IMG/VR virus record: IMGVR_UViG_3300042938_000405
Span: 1 to 34,097 of that record
Length of the DNA: 34,097 nt
Strand: one strand, 5' to 3'
From: a virus
Lineage: Duplodnaviria > Caudoviricetes
The notes below the pieces were generated by a model. It was not told where the DNA came from and ran no database searches. It saw nothing but the letters and a program-made list of their open reading frames with translations. Below are positions 8,901 to 20,200 of the stretch, piece by piece. Both the position numbers and the translations under genes were made by a program. Each line of letters begins with the position of its first letter. Within the stretch, counting starts at the first letter, position 1.

Positions 8901-10600
8901 CCACCAGTTACATCTGCTTGTGGGAAACCTTCTGAATATAAAGTTTTGATTGGCACACTGTAATCATTTTCAGATATATTTAAAAATGTTTCATAAAAAT
9001 TAAACTTAATGTTTTTTGTAACATATTTAGAAATAATACTATTTGTATTATTTTCGTTAAATGCTTGGTCATCATCAAATATTGAAATATTTCCAGTTGA
9101 GGCTAAAAGTTGTCCCACTGGCAATGATGTTGAGCCAAGATCAGATAGTTGTTTGGTTACTTTGTAGTCAATGGTTTTATCTGATATGTCTGCAATTAAT
9201 CTTGGTGACATTTCAATTAAATCAAATGTTGCATCAAATTTATTCATTGTTTCTGCAACAATTCTTATTCCTCTAACATATTGAAATTCACGGTATGTAG
9301 TAATGTTATCTTTAATAAAATATTCTGGTGATGTAAAATCAGTGACAAAGTTTGTTTCTTTGGTTAAGTCTGAATTAGTTAATTTCCATCCATATTCAGG
9401 AATAAAGGTTTCATAAACTTTTGTTGTGTTGTTCCAAATATAATAAAGTCCTTTGTCAGTTGATGATGTAACAAGTAAATAAGCATACCCATCAATTGAT
9501 CGTGTTGGCAATAATGTTGTAGAAGATATTTTTTCAACATGAATAAATTTAGTTTTATATTCAATTGGAGTTATTAATCCATATGATAACTCTACGTATC
9601 CGTCTTCGTTAATTACTGGTGTTCCATCGTCTCTTAAAGAATTAGCATTAAAAGTTTTTGCTGATACCCACGAATTTCCAGATAAGTATTCTACTCTCCA
9701 ACTAATAGGAACCTGCTTGTTGGAGTTTCCATAAAGTGGATCTGAAATACTTGTTGTGTTTGTTTTAAATGGACCTAAATTTTTAGTTCCAACATGTGTT
9801 TGCATTTTAACAATAAGTCTGTTGGCTGGAACATTTTCTTTATATACTACAAATGGTGACGCATCTTCAATTGGATATTGATTATTTGCAGATGCCTTTG
9901 ATATTCCTCGTTCTTTTGTAACATAGGCTGCATCGTTATCTTTTTCTGTTCTATAAGAAGTCCAATATTTAAATTGATCATCTCTTGATGCCATATAATA
10001 TCTTGGTCTTTGTGTAAAAGAACTGACTCCATTAATAGAATTATTAACTACAATATTTTTTATTTTTTTAATAGGTAAATTGTTTGAATCATTTTTTACA
10101 ACACCATTAGCATATTTTTCATATACAAAGTTTCCCTGAGAATCTTTTTCATATTCATAAATAAGTGCTCCGTTGCCATCATAAGCAAAAGTTGCAGATT
10201 CTTGATTTTCAATTAGGTTAGTATTAAAATTATGAAAATGTCTTCCTGGAATGTAAAGGGCTTTGTTGATTCCAGATCTTGGACGAAAAGGTTTAACACA
10301 ATCCTCTAACGAATAAAACATATTATATTGTTCTTTGGTTTTAGAAAATAGTGATGGAACATCCTCATTGTCATACCCATTATCAACTACAATATCTGCA
10401 TCTGTTGCTCCTGTATATAAGTTTGCAACATCGTCCTTATCAAATGACAAAGATGCCTTGGCTGTATCTCTATTTCTATAGTTGCCCAATTTAAAAATAT
10501 TATCTGGAACATTCATATTCCACTCTGCTAATATTGTTGCACGAGTTTGAATTGTTGGAGAAGTTTCTATATGGTTTTTTAATGTTGTATTTACAAACAT
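5954..10600 (-). CDS. Large minor tail / tail-tip hub protein (1548 aa) with a ConA/LamG-like domain
   Basis: Second gene after the TMP (hub/Tal position); QVLNDLAVSTQTAMFFDEYNNF and IQLGDIVSIDY resemble hub motifs; about 6815-7395 is a lectin-like beta sandwich (YDLAVEY...FYLYVNDVLIGQVDD...CMFENFY). SD GAGG. Confidence 0.75.
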   Translation of the reverse strand: MFVNTTLKNHIETSPTIQTRATILAEWNMNVPDNIFKLGNYRNRDTAKASLSFDKDDVANLYTGATDADIVVDNGYDNEDVPSLFSKTKEQYNMFYSLEDCVKPFRPRSGINKALYIPGRHFHNFNTNLIENQESATFAYDGNGALIYEYEKDSQGNFVYEKYANGVVKNDSNNLPIKKIKNIVVNNSINGVSSFTQRPRYYMASRDDQFKYWTSYRTEKDNDAAYVTKERGISKASANNQYPIEDASPFVVYKENVPANRLIVKMQTHVGTKNLGPFKTNTTSISDPLYGNSNKQVPISWRVEYLSGNSWVSAKTFNANSLRDDGTPVINEDGYVELSYGLITPIEYKTKFIHVEKISSTTLLPTRSIDGYAYLLVTSSTDKGLYYIWNNTTKVYETFIPEYGWKLTNSDLTKETNFVTDFTSPEYFIKDNITTYREFQYVRGIRIVAETMNKFDATFDLIEMSPRLIADISDKTIDYKVTKQLSDLGSTSLPVGQLLASTGNISIFDDDQAFNENNTNSIISKYVTKNIKFNFYETFLNISENDYSVPIKTLYSEGFPQADVTGGTISLELRDFYFYFESMLAPKLFLTNISVSYAISILLDAIGFSNYVYKRIEGEIDPVIPYFFVGPDESVAQVLNDLAVSTQTAMFFDEYNNFIAMSKNYLMPAAGQRSIDTTLIGSKTNDVVVEIDSNSEDAGAYTNAAEEFFDGGLYSTEYWEDELGGNSPSLSENSVQIIKNKLITGKKLPNIIAIASQDKKIYNDGKINYTSRYIDKTYSAIGEETISSAENKFWVYKPSLLWEISNYEELKGSNQKSSGFTLSALALNSPLAGAAPTVVANQLINNIIDFGESIYLISRNQGYFYANGEVIKYDAVQYFVEGIGNVWISSDSEYKNYLNKLKYNGKIYPNGKVRIYSEPYYETVSGVTRMKNGAVAQHGRAQFGTVIVSHKAALDPYWVSTSNRRGCLMDSKYLFGDTTFEGTTVAGSAGISNTVANSAFVNGVIKRFLSEYQLTETERASIQSIDPAKNKGLVQSSALVFKGKDFIATDPKPIDHISYVYKTLDKAVFKHFGTRIRIIGDIGGELKTQSGSVISTAVPLSGMTYYKNNSTSPEQNVNISGNSGGLAVLLNPETNNGYYFEVIALDGATTDTSNIIFYKIEQGTGEANAIPTLLFNAFNEQIQYDSGDFAGISRKHNEQYTTVYDLAVEYEDLANKNTRRFYLYVNDVLIGQVDDTSPLPVYQNTALFIRGSSKCMFENFYALTNNYSQNSGFVINNQVGKVFSSTPITANQSLKKYAMSGILQEAYLTGLSTFTTPVYSIYFEEFGTIMRECSYINAKFDNAYPALYAKMVSAPDKVKEYTISGFQANAYGAEFLIFNATDTLLDVSTTTSNFLKIQGIAFTSDSSNELTVDDYFKKKSSFSDPELVGDVVVYSPNIEKEKYNNVKLSRMNYGKSAFSIDTDYIQTTEDAENLMGWLVDKLMVPRKAIGLEIFANTTIQLGDIVSIDYKNNDNLDLVTSSSSRFVVYNIEYSRGLDGPKMTIYLSEV

Positions 10601-11236
10601 TTAAACCTCTTCCAGTGATACCGTAATATCCCAAAGATCATGATTGCTTTGTCCACGTTTAGATACAGTATATGAAAAATCAGAAACGTAAACTTGAACA
10701 ATTTGGTTATATTGTTCTAAATGTGTATATGGTGCTGAGGTTCCATCTTGTGCATAGTTATTAAATTTGTCATAGGCTAGAAACATCCAAAATGGTCCCG
10801 TGTGGTTTTCATACCAGTCTAGCATTTCTACTCCGCCTGCACCCCCATCAGCGGTGTATTCAGGGGACTGTGCGGTTGTTCCAGGACTGCCTCCAGTAGT
10901 AGCCCAGTTTGGTATAGAATAATAAGATCTTGATGGAAGGTTTTGCCAACTCACACTTAAAGTATTTTTATCAGCAATATGAAAAGACCTCATATTACCA
11001 TTTATCATTCTTTGTCTTTGCTCAATTCTTTGTGAGTTAAATTGAAGAGGACCACGATTGTGATCGGATAAAATTAAAAATTGATTTAAATTGGTAGTCT
11101 CTGTAGTATATGATCCTATTTCAAATCCTTCTGGCACGTACATTCCGCTTTGCAAAGTTCCTGGATTTTCTGACCAAAGAATTCCTTGTGGTCTAGAATA
11201 GCGTTTTCTTCCACTCATATATGCTGCGGTAGCCAC
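10601..11236 (-). CDS. Putative distal tail (Dit-like) protein (211 aa)
   Basis: Immediately after the TMP, TAGTG overlap, SD AGGAG; RMINGNMR...LSVSWQNLP...WDITVSLEEV pattern typical of Dit-position proteins. Confidence 0.68.
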   Translation of the reverse strand: MATAAYMSGRKRYSRPQGILWSENPGTLQSGMYVPEGFEIGSYTTETTNLNQFLILSDHNRGPLQFNSQRIEQRQRMINGNMRSFHIADKNTLSVSWQNLPSRSYYSIPNWATTGGSPGTTAQSPEYTADGGAGGVEMLDWYENHTGPFWMFLAYDKFNNYAQDGTSAPYTHLEQYNQIVQVYVSDFSYTVSKRGQSNHDLWDITVSLEEV

Positions 11237-14200
11237 TATAAACTCCTAATTCTTTGATTATCAATTTGTTTAATTTGATTGATAACTGTTCGTGCAATAT
11301 CATTTGGATTGGCATTACTGTTAGAAACATTAACGCTAAGGTTATAATTATACAGGGTTTTGGAATTATTTACTTCTGTTTGTGATCCACTAAGATTTTT
11401 AATAGAGGACATTGCTTCAGGAGTTTTAAATGTTGGGGAATTAATAGCACTAAGTAATGGACCAAACTCTTGAGTTGCTTTTCTATTTATTACAAACTCT
11501 CCAGGAGTAAGCATTGCGGGAACAGTATCAGTTCCACGAGCCAATCCACCAGATGCCATATATTTAGGAATCAATCCACCCATTGATTTAAAGATTGGAA
11601 GATGTAAATAATTGCCATAATTGATTGCTGTTACTGGGTTTTTAGTTGATGTTGTAGGTTTTTTTAATTCTGGCATTTTTTTGTCAATTCCAGCAAAATA
11701 TCTACCTAAACTTACATCGATTGCATCTTGTTTAGCCTTTTCTGCAGCAAGAAAGGCTTCTGTTGCTTTAGTCTCAGCATCTTGATTATAACCAGCATAA
11801 AGTCCTTCGTCATCATTATAGGCAGGTGGAGTAGTAACTAGTGATCCGCTTCCAGTTGGTGTGCCAACTGGTGGTGTTGGTGTAAATGGTGTTGGTGTTG
11901 GTATGTTGTCTAGAAGTGGATCTTTTCCTGCTTTTTCTCTTGCTTTATCCATTTTTGCTAAAAACGTATCTAAATCTCCATTAAGTTTTATAACAGTCTG
12001 TCGGGTTGTTTCAGCATTTCCGTCTAAAACAGTAAAAATATTTTTTAAATATGATTTTGCAGCCTCTGGACCTAATGCTTCAATTGCAAGATTAATTGTC
12101 GAAATTGCTGAATCAATTTGATCTCTTGTTAGTTTCATTTTTGTTTGAGTAATTTTATCTAATTCAATCTTCTTTTCTCTAATTTCATTTTCTATATCTA
12201 CACGTCTTTGCTCTATGTCTTGATTTAATTTTTCTAGTTCAGTTCTAGATTTTCCGTCTGGAGAAGTTACACTCTTAATAGCATTTTCTTTTGCTTTTTG
12301 TAATGCTTCCATTCTGGTTCTTGCATTTTGTGCAATTCTTGCTTCTCTATAGTCTTGCATTGCCGTTGCTGCAGCGGACATGTCTCCACTTGAAAGCGCA
12401 GCAGCAATTGACATTTTTTTAGAAGTTAACTCATTTTCTTTTTCTCTGAGTCTGTTAATTTCTTCAAGGGCAGTAATTTGTTTATCATAAGATTCATTAA
12501 TCTTTTCTTCTTGTCGTGAAATTAATTCTAAAGCATAATCGTTATTTCCTTCCTGCATGTCTAGTATAGTTTTTTCTTTAACGTATTCATTCTCAATCAT
12601 TTTTTCTTGTAATTCAATATACATTCTTGCCATTTGAAGTGTTTTACTTTGTGATTCTGCTGCATCTAATTGTGCTACATCTGTAAATCTTTTTTGTTCA
12701 AAATTAGCCTTTCTTTGTTCTTCAGAAAGTTTAACAAGATTTTTTACTTGTTCTTTAGTAAATTCTCCTTTGTTAATTGCTATAGCAATTCCTTCAGTAC
12801 TAACAAAATTTATTGCCTCTTCATATCTCATTCCAGACACTCTTAATTTATTTACAGCCTCATTAATATTTTTTTGTTTTTGCAAATTTTTTACAATGTC
12901 ATTTACTTGTTGACCCGTTTGTCCAGCAACCAAACCTTTTTCTATAACATTTACTCTTGCTTCATCAAGACCAGTAACCTTGCCTTTTTTATCAGTTTGA
13001 AGTCCATACTTTTTTAATATTTTAGGATCTTGTAATTCTTCTGGACTTAAGTTTTCAATTAAATCTTGATATTCAGCACTTACTTGTTTACCACCAACAA
13101 GTGCTGTTTCTTTTTTGCCAACTTTCTTTTTAGCAAGTTTTCTTATTTGTCCCAAAGTTCCTTCAAATTTCATCCAAGCAGATCCACCGCTTTTAGGTTT
13201 TGAGTTCATAACTCTTTCTAATTCTTTTAATCCACCAGTAGCCTTTACAGATGCTAGTTGAAAGAGTTTAAGTTTTTTAAGCATGTCATCAAATCTGTCA
13301 TCACGTTTTGCTGAACCACCAGAACCAGGAGGTTTTGGCGCACCTATACCTTCTGCTTTGGCTACTTCTGTTTTAACATTGCCCATATACTCAGCATATT
13401 TTTCAACTTGAAATCCTGGATCTTTGCCTTTATGCTCTTTTCCTTTATCTTTCAACCATGCTTGAAATTCTGGACTATTTACTACTGTTGCCACATCTAT
13501 TGTTAATACTTTTTTAATTGTTTGTAAATAAATTTTTGCTTGCTCATCTGTTAAACCTTGTAAATATTTTTGGTCGACTGCATTTTCTGATATTTTAACT
13601 TCTGATAAAAATTCTATTTTCTTTACTTTTTTTGTGTCTTTAATTTTTTGTAAATCGTTTGCAAGTTTTAACTTATCTTCATCTGGCATTTTTAAGAAAA
13701 ATTCCATTTCAGTATCTAACTTCATAGGTCCATTAAGTTGAGTAAATTCTTGAACCAAGTTTGCAAAATCTTGTGCTTCTTTGTCAGTTCCTTTTGTTTT
13801 TAATTCAAACATAAACTCCTGTTTGTTTCTTTCATTCAAAGCCGTATTTGGACCCTCATTCATGGCATTAGTAACGCCTATTGCCTGAGTTGCTACTTGT
13901 CCCCCAAAGTTTTTTACAACATCAATAGCGTCGGCCTGATATTGACCTGACATTTGATTGGTAATAGCACTTTGAGCCTGCGGAGAAAGAGTTCCACCCA
14001 TACTTTCTGCTATTAATACTCCTCTTTCCTCATCAGTCAAAATCTTTTCTGTGACCTGTTTTCCAGTTTTTTTATCTGTTTTTGTAAATGTTTTATCTTT
14101 TAAATCATCCATGCCTGTTATTGCTGCGTCAACATATGCTTCATCAGCCGTACCTTTATATTTGGATTTAAGTGCTTTCTTGTATCCTTTATCTAAAGAT

Positions 14201-17200
14201 CCTCTAAAAGTGCCTGTTGAACCTGCATAGGCTTTAGAAAAATCTTCTCTTTGAGATTTTGTCTGTGCTGTCAGATCCGCTCTTTCTTTTTCATATTTTA
14301 ATTGTAATTTTGTTGCCTCACCGATTTTATTTTGAAGTATAAGTTCTTGTCTTTTTGATTCATATTGCTCTTGATGAGCATCTAATAATTGTTTAGATTG
14401 TTCAAACATTCCTTGTGCATCAGCAATTGCTGCACCAGAAAGAGCACCCATTTTTTTAACATTTTTCTTATTGGCAAAGAATGCTCCTACGCCACCGACA
14501 ATTCCACCAACTGCTGTTCCAACTAATGCTCCAATAGCAGTACCAAGCACTGGTACAGGTATAAAACTACCTATTCCTGCACCTATTGCAGCACCCGCAC
14601 CCGCACCTGCTGCCACCATTCCACCAACATTAGTCTTAGTACCAAATGCAGACAAGCCTTTTTCAGATTGTTGGTTTAATTTATCAAAATTTGAATTTTT
14701 ACTAGTAAAGTTTTTTGATGAATCTGCCATTAACCTAACCTGAAGATCAACACCTTCTTTTAAAAGATCTTTTCCATCTTTACCAAATATGCCTTGAATT
14801 TCTGCTGCAACAGTCATTCCAATTGTGTGATCTTTCATTTGCACCCCAATGTTTGCTGCAATGGATTGTGCTTCGCTTGACGAAAGCGCTCCTGATAAAA
14901 CAGAAGTAATTAATTGTGCTGAAAGATCTTTAGTTGCTTTTTCTCTTCCCCCCTTTTTATCATTTATTATTGTTTGTCCTATGGCAGCAATTGATTCTTG
15001 ACCTTCTTTGGTTTGAACATATGCTTGCCCAAATGTTGTTTTTCCTGGTTTTATTGGTAGGCCAGAGGCTTGCTCGATTCTTTTTCTGTTTTGAATTTCT
15101 GATCCAGTTACTCTGTTTGAAAATTGTGCATATTGATTAATTGCTTTTGTGCTAGTCCCAGTAGTCTCTCCTAATTTTAATGCTGCTGCTTGTGCGTTAT
15201 CAAATATTACATTTAATGCAATAACTGCAGCACCAAATGCTGCAAGAGGGGCAACAACTGCTCCTAATGGTGATCCAATCATAGGCGCTACCATTGATGC
15301 TAAACCAACAATTGGCATGATGGTTTGTGCAATTTCACCAGTTTTTCCTGGAGCCATACTTAGTGCACCCATAGCCATGCTGGCACCCATCATTGCGCCA
15401 CCAGCACGTTGCCCAATCTGTCTTCCTTTTTCTCGTCTCTGCATTTTTGCATCTTTTTTTGCGTCTTTGTTTGTTTGGGGTAGCAGTTGCGGACTATTCA
15501 TTTCTCTGTTCAGTCTTGCCGTTTCACGTGCGCTATTCATTGCCTGACCTGCATTTTTTCTTTCTTGAACAGCATTTTCTCTTGCTCGTTTTAAAGACGC
15601 TAGTCTGTCAGTATCTCCTGCTTTTTTTGCTTCAGCAATTTGATAATCTATTTTTTTAATTTTATTTTTGTGTTTAATTAATTCTTTTTCTGCTTTTTGA
15701 ATTGTATCCTTATCTTTTATTTCGTCAACTGCTCTTTGGTTTGCTCTTTTTATTTCGTCTTCTTCTTGTTTTTGTCTATCTTCTTCTTGTTGTTGTTTGG
15801 CTCTATGCTTTTCTCCAATTGGTGTTTTCTCAACAATAGCATCTATTTTGTTTATTACTTTAGTGGTTCTTACTCGTCTTGCTATTTCTCTATTACGTTG
15901 CTCAGTATGCTTACGTTGTTCTGGAGTCATATCAGGAGTAATTGTTTCTAATTGATCTGGATCATATACCCCAACATTGTCGAACGGATTGCCTTCACCA
16001 CGTAAAACAAATCCACCTTTATTTAATCTTTGTAAAAATCCTTTATTTTCCTCTGTTGATCCTTTATTTACAACAAAAGATCCTTTACTTAAAATCATTG
16101 GAACTGTATCTTTATTTCCCGTTCCTGGAACTATTGTTCCATTAGAACGTTGTTCAATTTTTCCACCGGCATTTATATATTGCAATGCTGGACCAACTTT
16201 TTGTGCTAATGCTGGAGATGCAATAAACTCTCCTGGAGTTAATAATGCTGGTACGGTTTCTGGTTCACCATAACCTGGTGTTCCTAATGATCTTCTTCTT
16301 GTTGTATATGGAAAAGCAAAAGCAATTCCAGATCTTGTTGCTAAAGCCTCTCTTGCTTTAGTAAGTACAAGACTTCCTGTTGGACCAAATGTACGACCAG
16401 ACAGAGCCAGCAAAGATCTAATTTTTTGATAATGTTCTTCTTGATTACCTCTTCCATTTCTTATTGCTGTAAGTCGTGATGCAATTTCTTCTTCTAATAT
16501 ACCACCAAGTCTAGAACCTGGATTTGATTTTGGACTACCCATTGCAAGTTTACTGCCAAAACTTTTCTCACGGGCGGATGCACTTTTATCACGAAGAAGA
16601 GCGGGTACTTTTCTACCAGAAGCATCAGTAGTTTCTTGCCAATCACTTAATGCAACTGTTTGTAAATGACTTCTTAAAGCATTACCCCTTAGTCCTAAAC
16701 CTCTTGGCGGTGGAGCAATTGCGTGTTCAAAGTCTCTAACCTTTTTTGCATAAATAGAATTTGCTTGACCTCTTCTGGTTGGGTCTTCTCCTTCTAGAGC
16801 AGCAGTTGTTAAACCATATCTATTGGAAATAGCGCTATTCCATGCTTTTTCTGGAGTTGGCTTTTTACCAATTGTTCTTGCATCTGCAACTAACTCTGCT
16901 AAAGCAATTCTGGCTAATTTTTGTCTTGATGTTATTTTCAGTATTTCTTCCTTCTTTGCTCCTTCTAAAATTGCCCTATCATAAAGTATTTTGTCATAAC
17001 GTATTCTTGCCTGTAATGCATGTTTTGTTTTTACAGCATCTTTGTATGTTAGAGGATATGGTTCTGAGATATTACCAAGGGGTATCTTAGGATTTGACCC
17101 ATTCAATGCATTAGTTAATTGGTTATATCCTTCTGGGCCAATAATTGTAACACCAGACGATATTCTATTATTAAATTTAGCACTGGTTGGGTCATCGTTA

Positions 17201-20200
17201 TAAAAATTATGATATAGTCTTGGATCAAGTTGTTGATGTGCATCTTCAAAATGCATCATTACTGTTTTTGAAACCCCCGAACTTGCAGATACAGTAGGTG
17301 TTATAAAATGTTTTGGATCTACAAAATCATAATCTGTGCCAAACGCTCTTTCAACAAACCCGCCTTTATTTAATGCAGCAGCATGAATTGCTTGAAATTT
17401 TGACCAATCAACTTTTGATCCAGCCTCTAGTCTGGCAATCATTGCCTCATATACTGGAATCTCTTCTGGAGTTAAATTCATGCCTCCTATTTTGGTTTTT
17501 AATTTTGGTAAAATTTCATTAATTTCTTTTCTCATTAACCTGTCATATTCAACTGGAGACATTTGTTTTGCAATACCTGATGTTGATTGAGCAAAAAACT
17601 TTCTAGCACCACCACTAACACCGAGCAGGTTGACCATTGCTTGTTCTTCCATTGATGGCATTTTTGCTGCATATTCAGTTTTTGGACCTGATGCCCTGCT
17701 AAATACACCAGCAGGACCTGTATCTGCTAAAACATTTCCACCAATATTTCCTGGTGCCAAGTCTTTATCGCCACGTAGAGTTGAAGCAACCAATTGTTTA
17801 ATTGTTTGTTCTTTAGTAAATTCTTGTGGTACGTTTGCAATTCTTGGATCAACTTTAGATTCTAAAGCAAAATACCTTCTATGTCCAGTTGGGTCATTTG
17901 GATCTGCAATCAAAGTTAGTTTTTGTTGTGGAGAAACAAGACCATGAACATCTCTAGCAATTTCTGTTGCTCTCATTTCTGCTAATGCTGCTTTTTCACT
18001 TACCATTGGTTTAACAAAAACCATATCTCCATTTGGTTTTCTGTAAACGCCTCCAACAGAAGAACTTGGGAAACTACGTCCAGTAGAAGGAGAAACTCTT
18101 TCACCAGGATTTGTAACTAGCATAGTTTTTGCTCTAGGAGACTTATAGGTTTCGGTTGCTATTTTATCAAGTTCTACTTGTTTTGTTTGTCTTTCTTGAG
18201 CCTTTTTTACATTTTGAGCAGGCATTCCAAGAAATGATTGTTGGGCTTTTCGTTTTGCAACAAATGCTTTAGCGTATTCAATTGATCCTGGACGCATTTT
18301 TGGCAATGATCTATCATAACCATTAAGCATTTTAGTTCCTAAACTACGTAAAGCAAAACCACCTTTATTTAACGCTGGTAATAATCCCCGATTTTCTTGT
18401 GCTGCTTCTTTATTTACAACAAACTCTCCAGGAGTTAACATTGCTGGAACAGTATCCGTGTTTCCAGTTCCTGGAACAACTCCTCCTTCATTAAATTTTC
18501 TTGGTGTAAATCCTGGTCTCATCATTCCTGGACTTGTTCTAGCAAAATTATTTGCTGCTACCACTCCTCTTTGATACGCTATTGTTAATTGATTTGCAGC
18601 CTGCGCTTCTAATAGAAAGGTTTGTCGTAATCTAGAATGTGCTTGATCTAAAGATGCTGCGACTGTTGTTGCTTCAATTTGCTCTGATGTCATATACTGA
18701 GTTTGATTGCCAAGCATTTTAGACTGCCCACCAAGATTTGCAAATCCTTTTCGCAGGGTAACAAATAATTTAATAATATTTGCTACTCCGTTTGCAACTA
18801 AACCAAATGTCATTAACAATGCAGGACCAACAAGACCAACAAGGCCAATAAATTTTACAATTCCACTTTTTACTCCATCACTAAGTCCATTAAATTTTTC
18901 AATTATTTTGCCAATAAACTCTACTATTGGGGTAACTGCTTTTAAAAATTGTTCTCCAATTGGTGCTAATGTTAATTTAAGATCTTCCATTGATTTCTTA
19001 AATTTTGTACCAGTTGCATCTTCTACTTTTTTAAGTTCTCGTTCAGATAAGATAGCAAGTTCTTGTACTGAGGCCCCTGATAATTTTAATGTTCTAGATG
19101 CTTGGGTTCCATCTTTAGTTATGTTTTGAAATAAAGTTGATAATCTTGAAAATTGAAATTTTCCAAATAATTGTTCAATTGCTCTTGCTCTATTTAAAGG
19201 GTCAAGAGTATCTAGTGCTTGTGCAAATTCAACAACGGTTGATTGAATGTCTCCTTTGTTTGATTCAACAATTCCATTGATATTAACGCCTAAATCTAAA
19301 AGAAATGCTGCTGCTTTTTTAGAAGGGTTAATCAATGATGCAAGTCCAGACTTAAGTGCGTTAGCGCCTTCTGAAGCGTTAATACCACCTTCTTTCATGG
19401 CGGTCATAAAGAATGCAAGATCTTCTACATCTCCACCAAGTTGTCTAATAACTGGGGCAGCCTTTGGAATTGCAATAGTTAAATCTTCAATATTTAAAAC
19501 TGTTTGGTTTTCTACAGCGTTAAGAAAATCAATTTTGCTTCTTAATTTGTCTGCTTCAATTCCAAAAGCATTTGTTAAAGATATTGTTGTTTCTAATGCC
19601 TGTTCTTGTTCAACTCCTCCAAGAACTGCAAGTCTTGTTGCTTCTGCAACCTGTGCTATTAAATCGGCACCCATTTTTCCTGTTGCTGCAGCATCTGCTG
19701 CAATTTGCATAGTTTTTTCAACAGCAACTCCATACTTAGTAAACTGTTTTGCTAATAATTCAACTTCTCTTAATGCTTTATTAGTTTCATCAGTAGTTGT
19801 AAACATTTCTCCATATACACGTTTAAATCTAATGGCTTGTTTTTCTAATGCCATAAATGTTTTTCCTGCAGAAACTGCCAACATGCTAAGTGGAACTGTG
19901 AAACCAACCATGAGTTGGCGACCTGCCCACTGAGTATTTTTACCAAAATTTAAAAGATTGGTCGATCCTTGTTTTAATAATTGATTTAGCAATTGTTGTT
20001 TTTGTGCTGCAAGAGCAGTTTTAGTAGCAAGATTATTCATGTCTAAAGCAAGTGGTTTTACGGCTATAGCCTTAATTGCACCATTTGCATCTCTACCCAT
20101 TTTAATATATTGGGTTTGCATTGTTTTAACACGTTCTTCTGCTACCTTGCCAATTGTGTTAAACTCTGTTTTAAAAAGTCTTCCAAAAGATTTGGTTGCA

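Noticed and set aside
11440-18498. TMP repeats as a diversity-generating retroelement or intein
   Set aside because: No reverse transcriptase in the window, only three synonymous-type mismatches in a short stretch, and no intein C/S...HN splice motifs at the cargo borders.
18707-19933. Plus-strand ORFs of 140 and 228 aa (and similar ones at 11861, 14471, 15149, 15977, 17630, 20039)
   Set aside because: Antisense shadows of the TMP in the mirror frame; no SD or motif, composition explained by TMP codon bias.
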